This document shows positions 61,665 through 64,000 of a DNA stretch of 64,000 bases, piece by piece. Under the pieces are notes generated by a model. It searched no databases and was not told where the DNA came from. It saw only the letters and a program-made list of their open reading frames with translations. This stretch comes from an uncultured Chloroflexia bacterium (GTDB lineage Bacteria; Chloroflexota; Limnocylindria; Limnocylindrales; CSP1-4). The stretch covers positions 326,341 to 390,340 of the forward strand of contig CAWFAH010000011.1 in NCBI GenBank assembly GCA_963813705.1, written 5' to 3'. How positions within the stretch are numbered: the stretch's first letter is position 1; each line of letters begins with the position of its first letter. The translations under genes and the position numbers were made by a program.

Positions 61665-62753
61665 TCAGGGCGCCCAGACGGTCCCAAACGCGCCGTGCGA
61701 CTCGTCATTCGGGCCGGCGGCATAGAACAGGGTCGTCGACGGTCCGGCGGCGGCGTCGTTGCCGAAGCCGATCCCCCACAGGCCGTCGATCCAGATCGCC
61801 GTGTGGTTCGCGTCACGCAGCGTGCCGTCGAACCGCCAGTGGCCGTCGTGCCAGCGATAGGCATGCAGCCGGCCGTTGCCGAAGTTGCCGACGATGAGGT
61901 CGCCGCTGAACCGGCCGAAACCGGTCGCGGGCGCCCAGGCCACGCCCCACGGAGCGTTGAGCGCGCCACGCGAGGCCACCCGGCCGAGGAGCTTGCCGTG
62001 CGCGTTGAACGCGTCGACGAAGCCCTTCCCGGCGCCGGCGATCTCGTCGGAGCGCGCCGCATCCTGGCGGGCGTAGGTCACGAAGATCGTCCCGTTGATC
62101 GCCTGGATGCCGAACGGCGCGTAGCCCTTCGGGAGGTGCCGGTCACGGAACGCCCCGTCCCAGTGCTTGCGCTTGAGGGTGCTGTCGTAGACGTCGACCC
62201 GGCCGCGGTGGAAGTCCGTGGCGTAGAGGTAGTCGGCGCCGTTCCAGGTGGCGATCGCGAGGCCCTTGTAGATCGACTTCGCGTGGCTCGCGATGACGAA
62301 CGCCTGGGTCGACGAGACCGGCGGGTTGGACGCCGGGACGCCCGGGTTCCAGCCGGAGATCGTGCCGTCCTCCGCGGCGAACAGGAACCGCGCCGGCGCG
62401 GTCGTCGTCCCGTCGGTGACCGGGAAGCCGGTCCCGCCGTTGAAGACGGTGCCGGTCGGGGCGCCGGAGACGTTGACCACGAGCGGGAGGGCCGTGCCCG
62501 TCGCGCCGTTGTAGAGCGTCGACGTGTCGGTGCCGTTGTTGGCAACCCACCATGGCGTGGCCGGCCCATGGACGATGCCCCAGCCGTTGACGAGGTTCGG
62601 GTCCTGGATGTCGCCGACCCCGGCCTGGTCGGACGCGATCACGTGCGTGGCGTACACGTTCGGTGGGCGGTGGCTGTCGGCGGCGACGGGGGCGGCGACC
62701 ATGAGCGCGAGCCCCAGCGCGGCCCCGACCGCGACGAGTCGGCGGTTGATCAT
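61665..62753 (-). CDS. Secreted TIGR03118-family protein (uncharacterised beta-propeller-like)
   Basis: Signal peptide MINRRLVAVGAALGLALMVAAPVAA. DPNLVNGWGIVHGPATPWWVANNGTDTSTLYNG...APTGTVFNG...FLFAAEDGTISGWNP...GNFGNGRLHAY matches my recollection of TIGR03118. Confidence 0.75.
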   Translation of the reverse strand: MINRRLVAVGAALGLALMVAAPVAADSHRPPNVYATHVIASDQAGVGDIQDPNLVNGWGIVHGPATPWWVANNGTDTSTLYNGATGTALPLVVNVSGAPTGTVFNGGTGFPVTDGTTTAPARFLFAAEDGTISGWNPGVPASNPPVSSTQAFVIASHAKSIYKGLAIATWNGADYLYATDFHRGRVDVYDSTLKRKHWDGAFRDRHLPKGYAPFGIQAINGTIFVTYARQDAARSDEIAGAGKGFVDAFNAHGKLLGRVASRGALNAPWGVAWAPATGFGRFSGDLIVGNFGNGRLHAYRWHDGHWRFDGTLRDANHTAIWIDGLWGIGFGNDAAAGPSTTLFYAAGPNDESHGAFGTVWAP

Positions 62754-62932
62754 CGGCGTCCTCCTTGCCGAGGCGGTTGCCAGCCCGTGGCGGGCCGATC
62801 CGCGAAACCGCGCGCGGCACGATCAGGTACGCCGCCGGCGCGGGGGCGGTTTCGCCCGCCGGCGGTCGGCTCGCCGACGGGGCGCGATCGAGACGTCCGC
62901 CGGAGCGGCCGGCAGCGCTGCCGACGGACGAT

Positions 62933-64000
62933 TCAGCCGGTGTTCCGCAAGCCGGCCGCGATCCCGTTGATCGACAGCTGGACGAGGCGCAGGACCTCGG
63001 ACCGGGCCGGGTCGTCGGGCGGCAGGCCGCGCAGCCGGGCCAGCAGCCGGACCTGGAGCTCGGACAGCGAGTCGACGTAGGGGTTGCGCAGATGGATCGA
63101 GCGCTGGAGGACGGGCAGGCCGTCGAGAAGGCGCTCGCGCCGGGTGACCCGCAGGAGGAGCCGGACCGTCCGCTCGTGCTCGGCCTCGATCCGCTCCCAG
63201 ATCGCCGCGGCCGAGGGCTCGACGGCGAGGCCGGCATACAGCCGGGCCACCCCGATGTCCGCCTTGGCGAGCGTCATCTCGGCGTTGTCGAGGAGCGCCT
63301 CGAAGAGGGGCCACGACCGGTACAGCGCGGCCAGCCGATTGAGGCCATCGTCGCCGTGCGCCGCGCGGTAGGCCTCGAGCGCCGCACCCAGCCCGTACCA
63401 GCCCGGCAGGTTGAGCCGCGACTGCGACCAGGCGAAGCCCCATGGGATCGCCCGGAGGGTGTCGAGGCTCGGCGGAGGCGGCGGCTTCGCGGGGCCGGCG
63501 CGCGGCGGGCGACTCTGCCGGCGCCCCTGGTCCGCTCCCCGGGCGGCGGGGCGCGAGCCGAGCCGGAGGGCCGACAGCTCGAGGATCGGCGTCGCGTCGC
63601 GGAAGAAGGCCGCGAAGGCCGGATCGTCCCACACGAGCGCGCGGTAGGCCGCGTTCGAGACCGCGGCGAGCTCGTCGATCGCGGCGCGCCCGGCGCGATC
63701 GGCGGCCGCGGCACCGGCCTCGTGCTCGGGCGTCGAGGCGATGAGGACCGCTGCCGTCAGCTGCTCGAGCTGGCGGCGGGCGATCGCCGGGTTGGCGTAG
63801 TTCGCCGCGATGACCTCGCCCTGTTCCGTGAGCCGCAACCGGCCCGCGATCGATCCCGGAGCCTGGGCCAGGATCGCCCGGTTCGTCGGCCCGCCGCCGC
63901 GACCGATCGCCCCGCCCCGGCCGTGGAAGAGGGTCAGCTCGAGGCCGTGGCGGCGGCTCGTCTCGACGAGCGCCGCCTGGGCCCGGTAGAGGAGCCGGTT
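62933..64000 (-). CDS. ppc: Phosphoenolpyruvate carboxylase, C-terminal part (5' end beyond the right edge)
   Basis: The frame is open to base 64000: ...LTLFHGRGGAIGRGGGPTNRAILAQAPGSIAGRLRLTEQGEV...LRAIPWGFAWSQSRLNLPGWYG...INGIAAGLRNTG, then stop. These are the classic PEPC motifs and C-terminus. Confidence 0.9.
   Translation of the reverse strand, partial: NRLLYRAQAALVETSRRHGLELTLFHGRGGAIGRGGGPTNRAILAQAPGSIAGRLRLTEQGEVIAANYANPAIARRQLEQLTAAVLIASTPEHEAGAAAADRAGRAAIDELAAVSNAAYRALVWDDPAFAAFFRDATPILELSALRLGSRPAARGADQGRRQSRPPRAGPAKPPPPPSLDTLRAIPWGFAWSQSRLNLPGWYGLGAALEAYRAAHGDDGLNRLAALYRSWPLFEALLDNAEMTLAKADIGVARLYAGLAVEPSAAAIWERIEAEHERTVRLLLRVTRRERLLDGLPVLQRSIHLRNPYVDSLSELQVRLLARLRGLPPDDPARSEVLRLVQLSINGIAAGLRNTG

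Noticed and set aside
1-64000. Search for tRNA/rRNA/tmRNA, CRISPR arrays, integrases, transposases and prophage genes
   Set aside because: No intergenic gap longer than 70 nt shows a cloverleaf-like arrangement or rRNA-like sequence that I could recognise by eye. There are no repeat-spacer arrays and no DDE or tyrosine-recombinase motifs in any plausible frame. A covariance-model scan (tRNAscan-SE/Infernal) would be the decisive check.

Overview
Very GC-rich chromosomal window, with third codon positions almost all G/C, which looks like Actinomycetota or a related high-GC lineage. I support about 58 protein genes. I recognised no rRNA, tRNA, CRISPR array, transposase or integrase. Most long ORFs in the track are antisense shadows typical of high-GC DNA. 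The content is dominated by signalling and envelope functions. (1) A partial class III cyclase-STAND ATPase, then a TetR/MFS pair with palindromic operators. (2) A five-gene phosphorelay operon (RR, PF04392-type binding protein, Cache/HAMP kinase, RR, RR-adenylate cyclase) next to a NarL-type RR and a sensor-less, apparently degenerate HisKA_3 kinase. (3) A BcsA-like GT2-PilZ glycan synthase followed by a dynamin-like GTPase, a membrane-anchored Hsp70-NBD protein and a second dynamin-like GTPase. (4) A four-gene MacB/FtsX-type ABC system with two giant permeases and two different ATPases. (5) The most unusual locus, about 37.8-49.3 kb on the minus strand: lipoprotein, OmpR-type RR and kinase, then two TadE-like pseudopilins, two duplicated ~780-aa TadG-like proteins and a T/P-rich anchored protein. 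The locus is split into transcription units that each carry a related AT-rich upstream element (GTAATG-22 nt-TANNNT), with a sharp gene-conversion tract between the two large paralogues and no pilin, ATPase or peptidase genes in the window. The rest is housekeeping: F420-dependent LLM oxidoreductase, PntAA/AB/B, PiT+DUF47, an RCK K-channel-like protein with a variant filter, AlaX, an amicyanin-like cupredoxin, a GAF kinase/RR pair, a TIGR03118-like secreted protein and the PEP carboxylase 3' end. A second notable pattern is a cluster of 1-nt frameshifts between about 4.7 and 17.5 kb and at 23.3 kb, affecting MFS, ADH, CorA, a small conserved ORF, an ABM-like gene and the Hsp70 C-terminus. Many of these lie at or next to short G/C runs. 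They indicate either local gene decay or indel errors in the assembly, and the sequence alone cannot decide between the two.
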